A stretch of DNA of 64,000 nucleotides from Leucoraja ocellata (Eukaryota). A program made the translations under genes and the position numbers. Of this stretch, positions 45,801-58,749 are shown piece after piece; the stretch's first letter is position 1; each line of letters starts with the position of its first letter. The stretch is from contig JAWMAR010000390.1 in assembly GCA_036785375.1 (NCBI GenBank), positions 62,001 through 126,000 on the forward strand. The letters are read 5' to 3'. A model generated the notes under the pieces. That model did no database searches, was not told the origin of the DNA, and saw nothing but the letters and a program-made list of their open reading frames with translations.

Positions 45801-48800
45801 AACCAAGGGCGAGCCTGGGTCCGGAGTCGGGGACAAGCCTGGAGATGAAGTTGGGGCTTGCACTGGAGCCCAGGCAGTGGCCAAGGTGACGGATGGAGTC
45901 TACAGCCTGGGCTAGGTCGAGTACGAGGACCAGGCCGAGTTCCAGGCCCAGCTCTACGCCCCAGGGGCAGGGAATGGGAGTGAAATGATGAGGGAAATGG
46001 GGAGGAGGGATGTGGGGTGGTAGAGGAAGATGGTGGGGGAGGGGGATGTGGAGGAGGGAGATGGCCCCTCCCTATCCATCCTCTCTGCGCCCCCCCCTCC
46101 CTCCCTCTCTGCGCTCCCTCCCTCTCTGCGCCCTCCCTCTCCCAGCACCCCCCCCCCCCCCTCGCTGCTGGGGGATGAGGAGAAATGAGCCGCGCCTGCG
46201 CAATTGGGGGCTATGCGTGAGTGGTGCAATATTGCGTTGGGGGAATGGGCGAGTCTTGCTTTGGGGGAGCAGGCACAACGGGTCTTCCCTTTGTCTAGTT
46301 AGATCTAAAATTGGTTTAGCGGGTGGAGATGGAATGTGGTGGTACAGTAATATGTTTGTGATTGGATGCCTGTGACTAGTGGTGTTTCAAAGGGATTAAG
46401 CTTGTAGTTTTTCTGTTTGTAGTACAGGTGCACAACCTTTTATCCGACAGCCTTGGGACCAGGCACTTTTCGTAATTTGGAATTTGTCGGTCTTCGGAAT
46501 GGAAATTTTTTAGCGTAGATTTTAATGGCTGGCTCAGTGGTAGAGTGCTCGGCTCATATCCGCAAGGTCGTGAGTTTGCGCCTTGATCCCGGCAGTTCCT
46601 CGGTCGCGAGTTTGAGTCTTCAGTGTAGTTTTTTTCTTGCAGAATAAATGTCTGTATGAAATGCAGTGTGTTGAATGAGTTCCTGAATTTGTAAATGTGA
46701 CCGCAGCATTGAATTACCTCCCGCACTCATGTCACCCTAGCGGGGCTACATGCCCTAAGGCGGCCTAAGGCGACATTTTCACACTCTTATATCCGTGTGC
46801 AGCAGAGGCGCCAAACGTGAGCTTTGGTGTGCAAACATCCTGGAAAAAATGTCTGGTTTCTTCCAGGTAGGCGATATACCCTCCCGCGCAATATACCCTC
46901 CACTTCTCTTTTTAGTTCCCCTTTCTTCCAGGACCGACCTGAGGTTCCGCTGTCACCTCTGCGGGCCACCCTCGGTGAACGCTCACTCAACTTTGTCTTG
47001 GGATTCCTACTCTCCCGGTCAATGTACCCTCACCTTCTCTTTTATGAATGGGGATTTAGTTCCCCTTTCGTCGAGGACCGAACGGAGGTTCCGCTGTCAC
47101 CTCTGCGGGCCGCCCTCGGTGAACGTCCTGTTTCCCTGTCCCTGGGATAGCAGGGGGCGATCAAACAGCACAATCTCCCCCTCCCCCCCACCCCCAACTC
47201 CAGAGGAATCCGCTCCCCGATGGGCCGCTACGGCGACAAGTGGCAGTTCGCCCACAGCCCGAGCTGCGCGACCTCAAGAACAAGACGCACCTTACGCACC
47301 ATCAGTTTCTGCCCCTCTGGAGTTGGAGCGGGGCTGGGCTGGAGTTGCTGATCTGGGATCTCCGTGCTTGCAGTGGGCCTGGGGGTCGGTGTCCCGATGA
47401 GGGGGCACAGCTCGGGCTGTGGGCGAACTGCCACTTGTCGCCGTAGCGGCCCATCGGGGAGCGGCTTCTGGTGGTCCCGATGTCTCCCGCTAGTTCGCAG
47501 TTTTCCTCTGGAGTTGGAGCGGGGCTGAGCTAGAGTTGTTGCTGGCTGTGGGTCTCTGGGATCTCCGTGCTTGCAGTGGGCCTGGGGGTCGATGTCCAGC
47601 CCAGCCCCGCTCCAACTCCAGAGGAACCCGGGTGGCAGATGAGGGGGCACAGCTCGGGCTGTGGGCGAACTGCCACTTGTCACTGTAGCGGCGCATCGGG
47701 GAGCGGCTTCTGGTGGTCCTGACATCTCTCAGCTCCTGTCCAGGGGGATGGCCGGAGACGTCAGGACCAACAGGAACCCGCTCCCCGATGCGCCGCTACA
47801 GCGACAAGTGGCAGTTCGCCCACAGCCCGAGCTGCGCCCCCTCATCTGCAACCCGGGTTCCTCTGGAGTTGGAGCGGGGCTGGGCTAGAGTTGCTGCTGG
47901 CTGTGAGTCTCTGGGATCTCCGTGCTTGCAGTCGGTGTCCCGTTGGTCCTGAAGTCTCCGGCCAGCCCCCTGGAATGGAGCTGAGACTGGGAACTGTACC
48001 GCCCTTGCCCCCTCCCTCTGCAACTGCAAACAACCCCACAGTTCCCAGTCTCAGCTCCTGTACAGGGGGTGGCCGGAGACGTCACAGCCCGAGCTGCGCC
48101 CCCTCATCTGCAACCTCAAGACCAAGACTTACTTTGCACACCATCAGCTTCGGTCCCTACGGGGAGCGTGTTCCTCTGGAGTTGGAACGGGGCTGGGCTG
48201 CTGCTGGCTGTGGGTCTCTGGGATCTCCGTGCTTGCAGTGGGCCTGGGGGTCGGTGTCCCGTTGGTCCTGACGTCTCCGGTGACTGGCACTAGCTCCGAC
48301 GTGAAGGCAGTGCAAAGCCCCCGCGCCGGTGCAATGGGCGGGGAGCTGGAGAGGGGAGGGAAGGGGTCACACACATGGCCGGGAAGCAGAGGGGTGTAGG
48401 TGGGGTGAAACGTAAGGGAGCGACAATTTGCTGCTGCCTGCACGCTGAGTTAAAAAGTTCTCATGCAAGACTCACGATCCACTGTGTATCGTGAGTCTAC
48501 CGTGGGAATTTTTTAACTGAGCGGGCAGGCAGCAGCAGATTGTCAATTATTAACCCTCCCGCGCAATATACCCTCACCTTCTCTTTTATGGATGGGGATT
48601 TAGTTTCCCTTTCTTCGAGGACCGACCGGAGGTTCCTCTGTCACCTCTGCGGGCCGCCCTCCGTGAACGTTTTCAAGGACCTTTTTTCAAGGACTGAAAA
48701 AATGTCGCTATTCGGAGGTTTTCGTTATTTGGATCTTCGGATAAAAGGTTGTGCACCTGTACCGGTAAGTGAATAACTTGGATGTGGCTGTATGAGGCAT

Positions 48801-51800
48801 GATTAGTGGGTTTGTGGATGGCACAGTTTGGTGCAGCTGTTCACAGAGTGGAAGATAATCTTGGGCTTTAAGGTGATCCTTTTTTAGGGTCATCCTAGTT
48901 TTGGTCTTCGAGCTGGAGTGTGAATGGCTTTCCCAAATGCTTGTTTGGAGGCCAAATTCCAATTTGTTAAATTATGGACTGATGCAAAAGATCCTTACAG
49001 CTGTGTACCTAACTTCATCATCCACAGTGCTTGTGATTATTTCGCTATGAGAGCTAGAATGAGAAGATTTACTTGTGCATAGCAGATGTATCTGGAAACT
49101 GGCTGAAGTACAGAAACTACAGATGCCCATGGTGAACAGGAAAGACATGCATTGTGTTCAATTGTCAAGCTATCATGAGGTTGTTTTTAGTCATATTTGC
49201 TTATAAAAGCGCGATTCCCGTGACTATAATCGATTTTAGCAGTTTCATGCATGTTGAACTGCAGATTTTACTTTGAACATCTTCCATACATTTGTATTCT
49301 GTGTGACCTGCTGAGATCACAAGTTGCTAGGAGCTGTCAGATGACAGCCACTCACATGACAGCAGTTGGAGACTATTGCAGCCAATGTTTGAACAACCTT
49401 GCAGAGTCAGTTTGTAAAACCTTGTGTCTGGAGGAGCTGCACAAGGTTTTATCATGTGAAGCTGTGATAAGCTATTAACTCATGATACAACAGTGTGATG
49501 CTTTGATTTAACTAATGAAATGCTTGGTTAAAAATGTGACACGCTTTCTTTCTATGGTAATCAGCAACAATACAAATTGTAGTTGCAGCTTTTGAAATTT
49601 TATTAAGGTAACAGATTCTGCATTTCAAAAAAAGTATTGCTAAAACCACAAGTTTCCCGAGCTGAAACGTGGCTTTTTTGGAGAACATGCTTCATTTTAT
49701 CGGACAGAAATTATGATTTTGGGATTGGAATGCAATTCAAAATTTGGAAATAAAAATTGCAGAGACTAGAAATTTCAAATTAAATGGTATCAGAAATTCT
49801 CAGCAAATCTGGCAGCATCTGTGGAACCAACATTTTAGGACTGTATTCCATTCAGAGGTCTGAGTCTGCATCCTTGGGGTTCACAATGAGGAGAGACAAC
49901 CTCATTCAGCCAAGTAAGATCCCAAGGGGGCTTCATAGGGTAGATGTGGGGGTGTTTTAAATGGGGTGGGGGGGGGGAGGGTGGAAGGCATACACAAGGT
50001 GACTAAAGGTACAAAGTAAGGGGCTCATTTTTTTTAAACTGAGGTTAGTAGAGATCTCATGTCTGCAGGTAGTGAATCTTTGAGACACGGCTTCCCAAAT
50101 GTACTAGAGACAAGATCATTTAAGATATGGAGACCAGATATTTGTTTTAGAAATTTTACAGATTTTACAAAAGGGTAATTTGTGTGTTTGTTGTAATTTT
50201 TGCCTTATCTCTGCCTCTCCTAATTTTATAAATCTCAAGTTTCAGCTCACAGTTTCCTCCATTAAGTCTGAATAAACCTGATCTCTCCAATTTTTCCTTC
50301 TAGGATTAGCCTGGTATAAAACATCCTGGTGAATCCCTTCGGCACTCTTCCTTCCAATAGTGCGCAACCCGAATTCTACACCGTTAACCATGTTTTGTAC
50401 AACTGCAACATGGCATTTGGGTGGCACCAGCCTTAGAGTTGCTGCCTCACAGCGCCAGAGGCCAATTTGATCCCGATTTATGGGGGCAGTTGTACGAAGT
50501 TTGTACATTCTCCAAGTTTTTCTCCAAGTGCACTGGTTCATCCCATATTTCAAAGATGTGCAGGTGTGTAGGTTAATAGGATTCTCTAAGTTGTCCCTAC
50601 TGTGAAAGGTGGAACTAGTGTAGGGTGATTGTGGTCGGCATGGACTTGGTGAGCCGAAGGGCCTGTTTCTACGCTGTATCTCTAAACAAAACTAAACATT
50701 GCCATTCCTGTACTCAATGTCTTGACCACATTGGCAGTTACTCAAATCCAGTATGACTGTCCTCTCCATAGGGTCATCTACTTGTGGGTCTGCAGATGTT
50801 TGTAGAGGCCGATCCGCGATCCACACACCTTGGTGCAACGTGGGCAATGGAGACTGGTGGTGGTTGGTAGTCGTCGAGCCCTCATCTCTCTCTCCTTACG
50901 GCACTGTCGCTTTGTCTCTGCAACACCAGGGCTCTCACTTAACTTTTTTTCGCTGTTGCCAGCCGGGCAACCTAGGCAGCTTTTTAGGTTGCCAAATGAC
51001 AGTTTAGGTGGTCATTTAAGACGGCTTGCATGACGCATGCGATAATTTTGCTCGGACGAAGTGCGTAGTTACCAGTCGGAATTATGCTCAATGAAGCATT
51101 CACGTATTATTTCTGCTTCAAATAAAGTCATATTCACCAATCAAGACATGACACATACCACAATGACGCAGCAAAATCATCGCCTATTCCTTCGCTCCAT
51201 AGATGCTGCCTCACCCGCTGATTTTCTCCAGCTTTTTTTTGTCTACCATCCATTCACATAAGTTCTGTTATCCCACTTTCCTCACCCGCTCCCTACACAT
51301 TAGGGGCAATTTCACAGAGACAAGTTAACCTACAAAGCCGGTGCGTCTTTGGGATGTGGGAGGAAACCCACACGCTTGCAGGGAGAATGTGCAAATTCAA
51401 CACAGACAGTTCCCGAGGACAGGATTGAACACAGATCTCTGGCATGTGAGGCAGCAAGTCTACCAGCTGTGCCACTATACTTTGTTTTCCAAATCACCCA
51501 AAATTATATGTTGATAACTTTGGTTACTAAAAAAAAAATAAACTATCCATTTTCAGTCTTAAATCTAAGTGACGCTATGTCCCCCTTTACAGCTACTGTA
51601 TGTACCGTGGTTGTGCGCATGTGCAGGCCGTGGCAGTGCGCATGTGAAAGGCTGCCGGAGAGTGGAGACCTGGTGGCCCGGACACGGGTGGCGGGTGGAG
51701 ACAGAGAGAGAGATAGAGGGGGGCCCGCTCAGAGTTGAACGGCGGGTGTCCCGAGTGCTTGCCAAGTCGGGCAAAATGGCGCCGCTTTTAGGTTGCCCGG

Positions 51801-54800
51801 CGGGACTTTAGATGGCCATTGGCACCTGGGTAACCGTTATTTTCGAGCCCTGCAATCCTTCCATTCAATTGAGTTCAAGCAGCACAGGGCAGACCAACAA
51901 TTCACTTCACGCACAGTGCAGACTCGCAGTTCAGTTCACTCATGGCGTAGACTAACAATTCTGGACTCAGCTCTTACTCACGGTCTTCCGGGGTGACTGG
52001 CTCGTGTCCGGCCTCCGTTGCTTTATTCTCCTGGCCCCTGGAAGGGGCGTTACCTTCATCATGGTGACTGACAGATGAGAAGATCAATCTGCTGATCTCA
52101 TGAATTTTTTAAACATTCATAACTTTTTTAATATTTCACCGATTGGAAAAATATCTCCGGGCAGTTGGAGGAGAGGAGGACGGTGAGTAAGATGGCGAAA
52201 AAATCATAGCGATATAGGGTAACTATTTTTCTAAAATTTATTTACAACGTAGACAGGAAGTGTCAAGATGAGACTTTTAGTAATGATATAGATATAGATA
52301 TAGATAGTGGGAGGGGAATAAGGGGAAATGACCCGCTCCTGTGCAGTTGGGAACTATGGGTGAGTGGTGAAATATTGCGTTGGGGGAACGGGTGAGTGGT
52401 GGAAATTTGCGTTAGGAACAGATTGCATTGGGAGACCACGCCTCCCGATGAGGCTGTGGGTTAGTGGTGGAATATTGCTTTGGGGGAACGGTTGCATTGG
52501 GGGACCAACCCTCCAATGGGACAGGGACCCGCCACTTGGTCTAAAACCCTCATCTTGCTTGTTTGTGATTCTGCGTGAGAATCACAAACAAACCCGGAGA
52601 CCACGGAAGATCCCGGAACTACGCCAAAACGGTACACGATGGCGCTACAATTTTTGCACCACCTTGCAATTGTCCTGTGGTGTATTTTCTACAAGTTTTG
52701 TTCAGATTGATGTCATATTTTACAAGTTATTCACATTTTTAACTTTACCAAATCCCAGTTTGAGAAAAGATTCTTCCATCTGCACTCTGGCAGTTACAGC
52801 TATGATGTCACAATGGGATCCAAATCCTTGCTGGCCCACCCCGCAACAATGTTGCAATCCCAGAACACTAAGTCCTGCCAGGAAGTTTTTTAACTTTAAA
52901 ACAGGGAGGCTGAACAGGAGGGGACGAAGTGCTGGGGGAGGCAGGGGAAGTGCAATTAGATTATTTTTTAAAGTCCTGGCAGCAAGTGCAATTGGACACG
53001 GAATACTTTCGCAACTCAGCAGGTCAAGCTGTATCTCTGGACAGACTGACGTCAATACAAACCTTCTGACTCTCACAGTTATCTTGATTGCACTTTCTCC
53101 CTCCCTGCCTCTTTCAAAGATGCCATCACCTACTCTCAATTCTTCCGACTCCACTGCATCTGCTCCCAAGATGAAGCTTTCCATGCGAGGAAATCTGAGG
53201 CCCTCATTAGTGAACGTGGCCCTCACTCCCTCCCCAGACACAACAATGACACGGTTTCCTTGGTCCTCGTCTTTCACGCTACCAGCCTCCGCATGCAATT
53301 CATTATTCTCCAACATTTCCATCACCACCAACTTGATCCCACCACTTATCACATCTTCACATCTGCCTTCCGCGGAGACCGTTCCCTTTGCAGCTCGTTG
53401 GTTCACTCGTCCATTCCCACACAACCCACCTCCTCTTCAAGCACTTTCTCCTGCAACTGCAGGAGATAACTTGTACCTCCTCCCTCAAATCCGCCCAGGG
53501 ACCCTGACAGACCTTCCAGGTGAGACGGTGGTTCACATGCACCTCCTCTAACCTCATCTACTGCATCCAGTATTCCCGATGTGGGCTTCTGTACATTGGC
53601 AACACAAATAATCAGTCTGAAGAAGAGTCCCAACCCGAGACGTCATCTATCCATTTTCTCCAGATGCTGCCTAGACCCACTGAGATATTCTATGTTTATC
53701 AACAACGTTGGTTTGGTGCCTATAAACTGGTTTCGAATTGATTATGTTATAGTAGCGTGTTTATTGGCTGGGTCTTCCAAGCTCACAAGGAAATCCTGTA
53801 AATATATCATCACTTCACTGTGATCATGCCAGTTGGCATATTTACTGAGGAACTTAATTGGGACGTGTGGCATTTCAGTCCTTTGAAGAATGAACATGTG
53901 CTTTAACAAAAACAAAGTATTTGAATGACTGAGAAGATCTGGTAACCTTCTGTGGTAGAGAAATAGTTAATATTTCAATCCAAAATTCTGACACCAGTTT
54001 TGTTTTTAATTTGTCAGGAGCCTTGAAACAAGTACAGTAGCAAGTGCCTCAGCAATAATGAGTTGAATGAGGAAATTCTCAATGGGTAATGTAAAGATCA
54101 ACATCTATACAAACAGATCATTTTTACCAAAACAAACCCAAAACAAAATCTCTGCGTATACCAGGAGTAGAGTCAAGATGATAATGTGTAATTTGTGTCT
54201 GCATATAGTTTTGTATCAGGATTTTGAAACTTTATCCAGTAGTGCCCTAAATTGCATTGTTCAATCTATATCTTAGGCAGTTCCTCGACATCAATCTGAA
54301 TATATCCAAATGAACATTGACAGCTAAGATATACAAATCTCCCCTCAATTTTTTGTCTCCAGCTGGTGGAAATGGTCTCTTGGTATCTACTCAGGCAGTC
54401 ACCTTCTTCAGTGTAGTGATCTGCAATCCCCAATTTTGCATTTAAACCACATCAACAAGGTGTGTAGGCGCAAAATGCATGATATTGGGGTAGCATGGAA
54501 AGGGAAAATCCAATCAATTTAGTCGCAAGTTATTTCTGCAGTGAAATATTTGGGAATGTTTTATATCTACTGTTGTTTTAGATGTTGGGTAACATTGCAA
54601 CAAAAGATTAAATTTTAAAAGCAATCCCAAAGAGATATTGTAAAGGTCCCATGAAATGGAAAATCAAGTAGCTGAAAGAAATTTTAGGCATTTTTTTCCA
54701 TACAATTTCAGTAGGCTGACACTATGTGTTCCACACTTGTGACCAGTGTAGAATAAATATTAATTCATTTTATTAGCCATTGATAATGTGATTTACTATA

Positions 54801-55978
54801 GTTTTGTATTGATAGCTTCTCGGGTATCGAACAAAAAAAAAAGTTACATAATCTGGGTCAGAAGCATAGAAACATAGAAAATAGGTGCAGGAGTAGGCCA
54901 TTCGGCCCTTCGAGCCTGCACCGCCATTCAATATGATCATGGCTGATCATCCAACTCGGTATCCTTAGGGGCCTTCTCTCCATACCCCCTGATCCCTTTA
55001 GCCACAAGGGCCACATCTAACTCCCCCTTAAATATAGCCAATGAACTGGCCTCAACTACCTTCTGTGGCAGAAAATTCCAGAGATTCCTCATCTCGGTCC
55101 TAAAAGATTTCCCCCTTATCCTTAAACTGTGACCCCCTTGTTCTGGACTTCCCCAACATCGGGAACAATCTTCCTGCATCTAGCCTGTCCAACCCCTTAA
55201 GAATTTTGTATGTTTCAATAAGATCCCCCCCTCAAACTTCTAAATTCTAGCGAGTACAAGGTTGTCTGTATTGATGATTTATCCAGTACATCTTGAAAAA
55301 TATGTTTGCATCCACTGCATGTCAGTCTGAAGAAGAGTCTCGACCTGAAACTTCATCCATTTCTTCTCTCCAGAGACAATGCCTGTCCTGCTGAGTTACT
55401 CCAGCATTTTGTGTCTTTCTTGGATTTAAACCAGCATCTGCAGTTCCTTCATACACATTACATGTAATGTAGATTGGTTAGGATTGACAAGATTTGTGTG
55501 CATGTGGCATAATAAGTCTACATGTAGAGAAACTTACCTAAGGAAAAATACAAGAAGTCGCTTAACTCTCCATGCAAGTCTCTGACTACTGCTCTCAGTA
55601 ATCCTTGACATTCTCACCTCTTAGGAAGTGAGCCCAGGCAAGCATAAAACTAATTTGTACTATCCCTTAAAGGTATGCTTATATTCATAATTATATGAAC
55701 TTGTTCAATTTATTTCCTGTGGGTAAGTTTCTTGCAATACATTTGCTTTTATTCATTCTGCTACATTTAATTTGTTCTGTTGAGCAAACAGTTTAACATT
55801 GCAGAAACGCATCAAAGACTACTCTTCATTCCTAATATCTTCCTTTTACAGCTGGAGACTTGTAGAGTTTCAACTTGACCAGATTCGACTGATTGTTTAC
55901 CAGGATTGTGAAAGGAGAGGCAGACATGTTCTTTTTGATTCTAAAGCAGTGCGCAAAGTTGAAGGTGCCAAAGTGCAG
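30771..55978 (+). CDS. FNIP2: Folliculin-interacting protein 2, coding exons 1-2 joined: 30771-30859, 55852-55978; 3'-partial
   Basis: Spliced translation [72 protein letters not shown] matches the FNIP N-terminus. LLQKLFNKR, DSKAVxK and the head-to-head position next to PPID favour FNIP2 over FNIP1. Confidence 0.93.
30895..31310. repeat. Degenerate minisatellite (GGCTCTGGGACAGTG-type units) at the start of FNIP2 intron 1
   Basis: Visible tandem units; explains the repetitive ORFs 30799..31314 and 31058..31309. Confidence 0.85.
33597..35733 (+). mobile_element. CR1 LINE 3' part, tail interrupted at 34383-35640
   Basis: ORF 33640..34170 carries RT C-terminal motifs; the tail resumes at 35641. 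Confidence 0.92.
34383..35640 (+). mobile_element. Non-autonomous composite retroposon with internal VNTR (34735-35165) and Rex1-like 3' tail
   Basis: 5-bp TSD AGTTG; 3' hairpin TTCAGACC-GAAA-GGTCTGAA, then TGACAAATAAA and (AATCT)n; ~33-bp tandem unit GGTGGCGGCACGACTCGGGGCTGAGACGATTCTCC. Confidence 0.72.
39709..40729. mobile_element. Tc1/mariner (pogo/Tigger-like) foldback MITE
   Basis: TIRs CAGGTGCACAACCTTTTATCCG / CGGATAAAAGCTTGTGCACCTG; TA TSD; internal inverted arms. Confidence 0.88.
45357..46298 (+). mobile_element. Non-autonomous Helitron
   Basis: A^TCTCTATAATACTAAAA 5' end; degenerate subterminal hairpin and CTAG^T 3' end; no TSD. Confidence 0.7.
46425..48759. mobile_element. Tc1/mariner non-autonomous element (2.3 kb), same TIR family as 39709-40729
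   Basis: TIRs CAGGTGCACAACCTTTTATCCG / CGGATAAAAGGTTGTGCACCTG; TA TSD; internal direct and inverted duplications at 47200-48290. Confidence 0.88.
46526..46590 (+). pseudogene. Degenerate tRNA-Met(CAT)-like sequence inside the MITE
   Basis: A-box TGGCTCAGTGG, CGG-CTCATAT-CCG anticodon arm, AAGGTCGTGAGTTTG T-arm remnant; no acceptor stem. Confidence 0.35.
50927..51852. mobile_element. hAT-like non-autonomous element with internal SINE
   Basis: Termini CAGGGCTC / GAGCCCTG; TSD only partial (CAACAC / CAATCC). Confidence 0.55.
52040..53010. mobile_element. Cluster of Helitron-like fragments
   Basis: Reverse 5' end TCTATATCATTACTAAAAG with (GATATA)n at ~52285-52307; a 3'-type end GGGACCCGCCACTTGGTCTA at ~52543; similarity to 45357-46298. 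Confidence 0.55.
53040..53695 (+). mobile_element. Penelope-like element fragment (RT thumb and GIY-YIG endonuclease) with terminal repeat
   Basis: [22 protein letters not shown] and [23 protein letters not shown] motifs, followed by a CTGAAGAAGAGTCCCAACCCGAGACGTC unit. Confidence 0.85.
54866..55260 (-). mobile_element. CR1 LINE 3' end
   Basis: Reverse CR1 tail starting (CATAGAAA)n. Confidence 0.88.
55852..55978 (+). CDS. FNIP2: FNIP2 coding exon 2
   Basis: Pyrimidine tract and TTACAG acceptor ending 55851; 127 nt; [21 protein letters not shown]; donor GTAACT at 55979. Confidence 0.95.
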
Positions 55979-58749
55979 GTAACTAACAACGGTTTGGAAA
56001 GATTTTGACTACATGAATGCGCTGTTTAAAGATAAAGACATTCGTATGGGAGATATTCTTTGCAAAAGATATGATGGATGTAGTATATCTCACCACGCTT
56101 GTGATAAGAGTATGGTATAATGGGCCTAATTTTAATGAAGAAAATAGTGAGTTCAAAAATATATCAGCAGTCTACTGTCATGTACTGGAATTATGTAACC
56201 CAATTTACAGTTTATGAATGATAATTGGGGAAAAATGGCAACGTAAATTTAGTTTATGCCCTTATCATAACATTAGCTCCCTGTGATCAAGCCTGATGTC
56301 AAAGTGCCACTGGGGCAGATGATTAAAAGTTTGGTTAAACTGTGGTTTTAAGCAGTGTCCCAAAAGGAATAAATAGGTGGGGGGGGGGGGGGGGGGGGGG
56401 ACAGGGGAGAGGGAGACAGATGATAGTTTTAGCAAAGTCACTGGTGGTGGAGTGAATAGATCCCAAGGATCAATAGGCAGAAACTGAAAGCGTCCAGATT
56501 CTTTGAAATGAAGCAAATGAGAAATGTTAGAGATGAGGAATGGTAAATCTGGATGAAAGCTTTGCTTGATCTCAAAACCGTTCCAAAAAGGCACTTGCTG
56601 CTTGGATTCTTCTATTCTTGTCGCTCTCTGCTACAGGGTTCCCAAGGCTTAGTAAACTGAGTAGCCTGTCGTTAAAAATAGAATGTTAAAATAAGGATTG
56701 GTGGCAGTTGTCCTTGCCTGACACGAGTTGAAATCCTACCTGGCAGCTGTGGAATTTAAATTTGAATAATCTGGAAAAAGAACCAAAAGTCACAGCAATG
56801 ATAACTGCTGGATAATTGCAAAAACCCTTTCTAATGTACTTTAGGGAATGAATTCTGTTATCGCCACCCATGTATGACTCCAGACCCACTAATGCAGTTG
56901 ACTAAATTACCCTCTAAAGTGGCTCAGTAAGTCTCCCATTCCCAACGTATTGGAATAAGTTAATGCTACCAAAGATTGACCTACACCTCCATTGACTAAT
57001 CTGTGTGTCTCCCTTTCCTAACTTCCCCTTTCATCTCTACTGGTCTACTCCGCCAGACTTCTTCAAACATGGATACAATACTCAATTCTTCATTCCTTCA
57101 CCAAACCCATTGTTATATATTGTAAATATTGAGGTAGACAACTTGTCCCATTCTGTCGAAACATGACAAAATATCTTCTAAATGCCCACCAAACCTTGCT
57201 CAAACTTTCCACTGCTAGACATGAATCTATGTTTGTTCTTTCTCGCAAGATAATACTACTTTAGATTCTCAGTCATTCTATTTAAGGTGATCGATCCTGG
57301 TAACTTTCTGATAGCTGATGACGACGCTATTTGATGTAGTCGGTTGCTATGAAGTCACCCGTGCCAAAAAAGAAAACAATGCCAATTTGTGGAAAACAAA
57401 ACTCTGAAAGTTTCCTCATTCTCCAGACCAATCAGGCAAAGTTTACGTGACCCCGTAATCGGAAATGTATTTTCCTATTGATTGTGAATAGTTGCTACAC
57501 TGATTCCTGAAATGACAAGACTGGCACGGAGAAAGACAGCATCAGTTCGCTAGAGTGAAGAGAGTTGGAGGATCTCATAAAAACCTACAACATTCTAGCA
57601 GCAGGGGACCTGTGGCATTCTCTATTAAAAGTAGTTTAAGCCAAATCATTAAATATATTTTAAGTGTTATAGTTCTTGGGGCTATTTCAATCCCTGTGGA
57701 AAGCTTCCTCCAATCTGAAAACCAATTGCCATGACCCTTTGTAGCCTGTTACTCAGTCAATCATGTTTCTTTGCTCTCAATGCTCCTTTTATGCTGTGTG
57801 CTTCAACTTTTGTAACATCTTATCAAAAGCTTTCTGGAAGACCATGAATGCCACGTCAACTACAATATTCCCATTCAGTCTACCCATACCAACTGAAATT
57901 TCTCTCAATTGATTGAACATAATTTCCTTTTAACAAAACGTGACTGTTTTGTCTTAAATCTATTTTCATCCAAATAACTTAATCCTGCCCTGAATCAATG
58001 CTTTCAGAAGCTTTCCATCGCAGGTTAACCTGACTAGCTCATTGTGGCTGGAATTATCCTGACTCCCTTTGATGAACAATGGAATAACATCATCTCTAGT
58101 AAATGTCCTTTGGAATCGACCACAGAACCATAATCTTTGGATATTAACCTTGCGATGACTTCTTGCATTTCTCTTAATTGGTAAGTTGTCAGGACTGAAT
58201 AGGTTGCATCCTCATACTTTTAATTTCAGTCAACTTTCCCAATGTCTTTATGCTATTAATTTTGAGCATATGTAGCATCTCAACTGTCTCCACCTCCTTC
58301 ACTATTACTTTGAATTCGCAATTATCCTTCAAGATAGATATAGAGTAGTCATTTAGTATATTAACACTGACTTCAGCATCCATGTGCAAGTTCCAATTCT
58401 GCCTTTGATATGCCCCATTGCTTCATGTACCACCTCTTTACCACTGATATGTCAAAAGACGTCTGAATTGCTATAGTGCTGATAACTAATTTCCTTTCAT
58501 ATCCACTCTCTGCATCTGTTTTAGTTTTAAGCCCTTTTGTTTCTTTTGTAATCGCCATATTCTAGTGATCACCCTCATTTTTCTAAAATGTATCTGCGTC
58601 ATTAAACCTTTAAATACGTCGATTGATCTTGCTTCCACACTACACCCCTCTGAGATAGAGAATTTGAGATTCTGTACGGAGAAATTCCTGTGTATCTTTG
58701 TTTTAAATGACTGCCCACTTAACTTGTAATCATGGCTGCCTCTTCCACA

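Noticed and set aside
46795-48443. Cluster of overlapping 65-200 aa ORFs
   Set aside because: GC-rich duplicated modules inside a non-autonomous MITE; no transposase motifs seen.
52364-53551. Longest ORF (395 aa) and antisense 234-aa ORF 52720..53424
   Set aside because: They run across Helitron and Penelope fragments in non-native frames; the real Penelope motifs lie in other, broken frames.
30771-55978. Calling the gene FNIP1
   Set aside because: Diagnostic residues and the PPID neighbourhood fit FNIP2.
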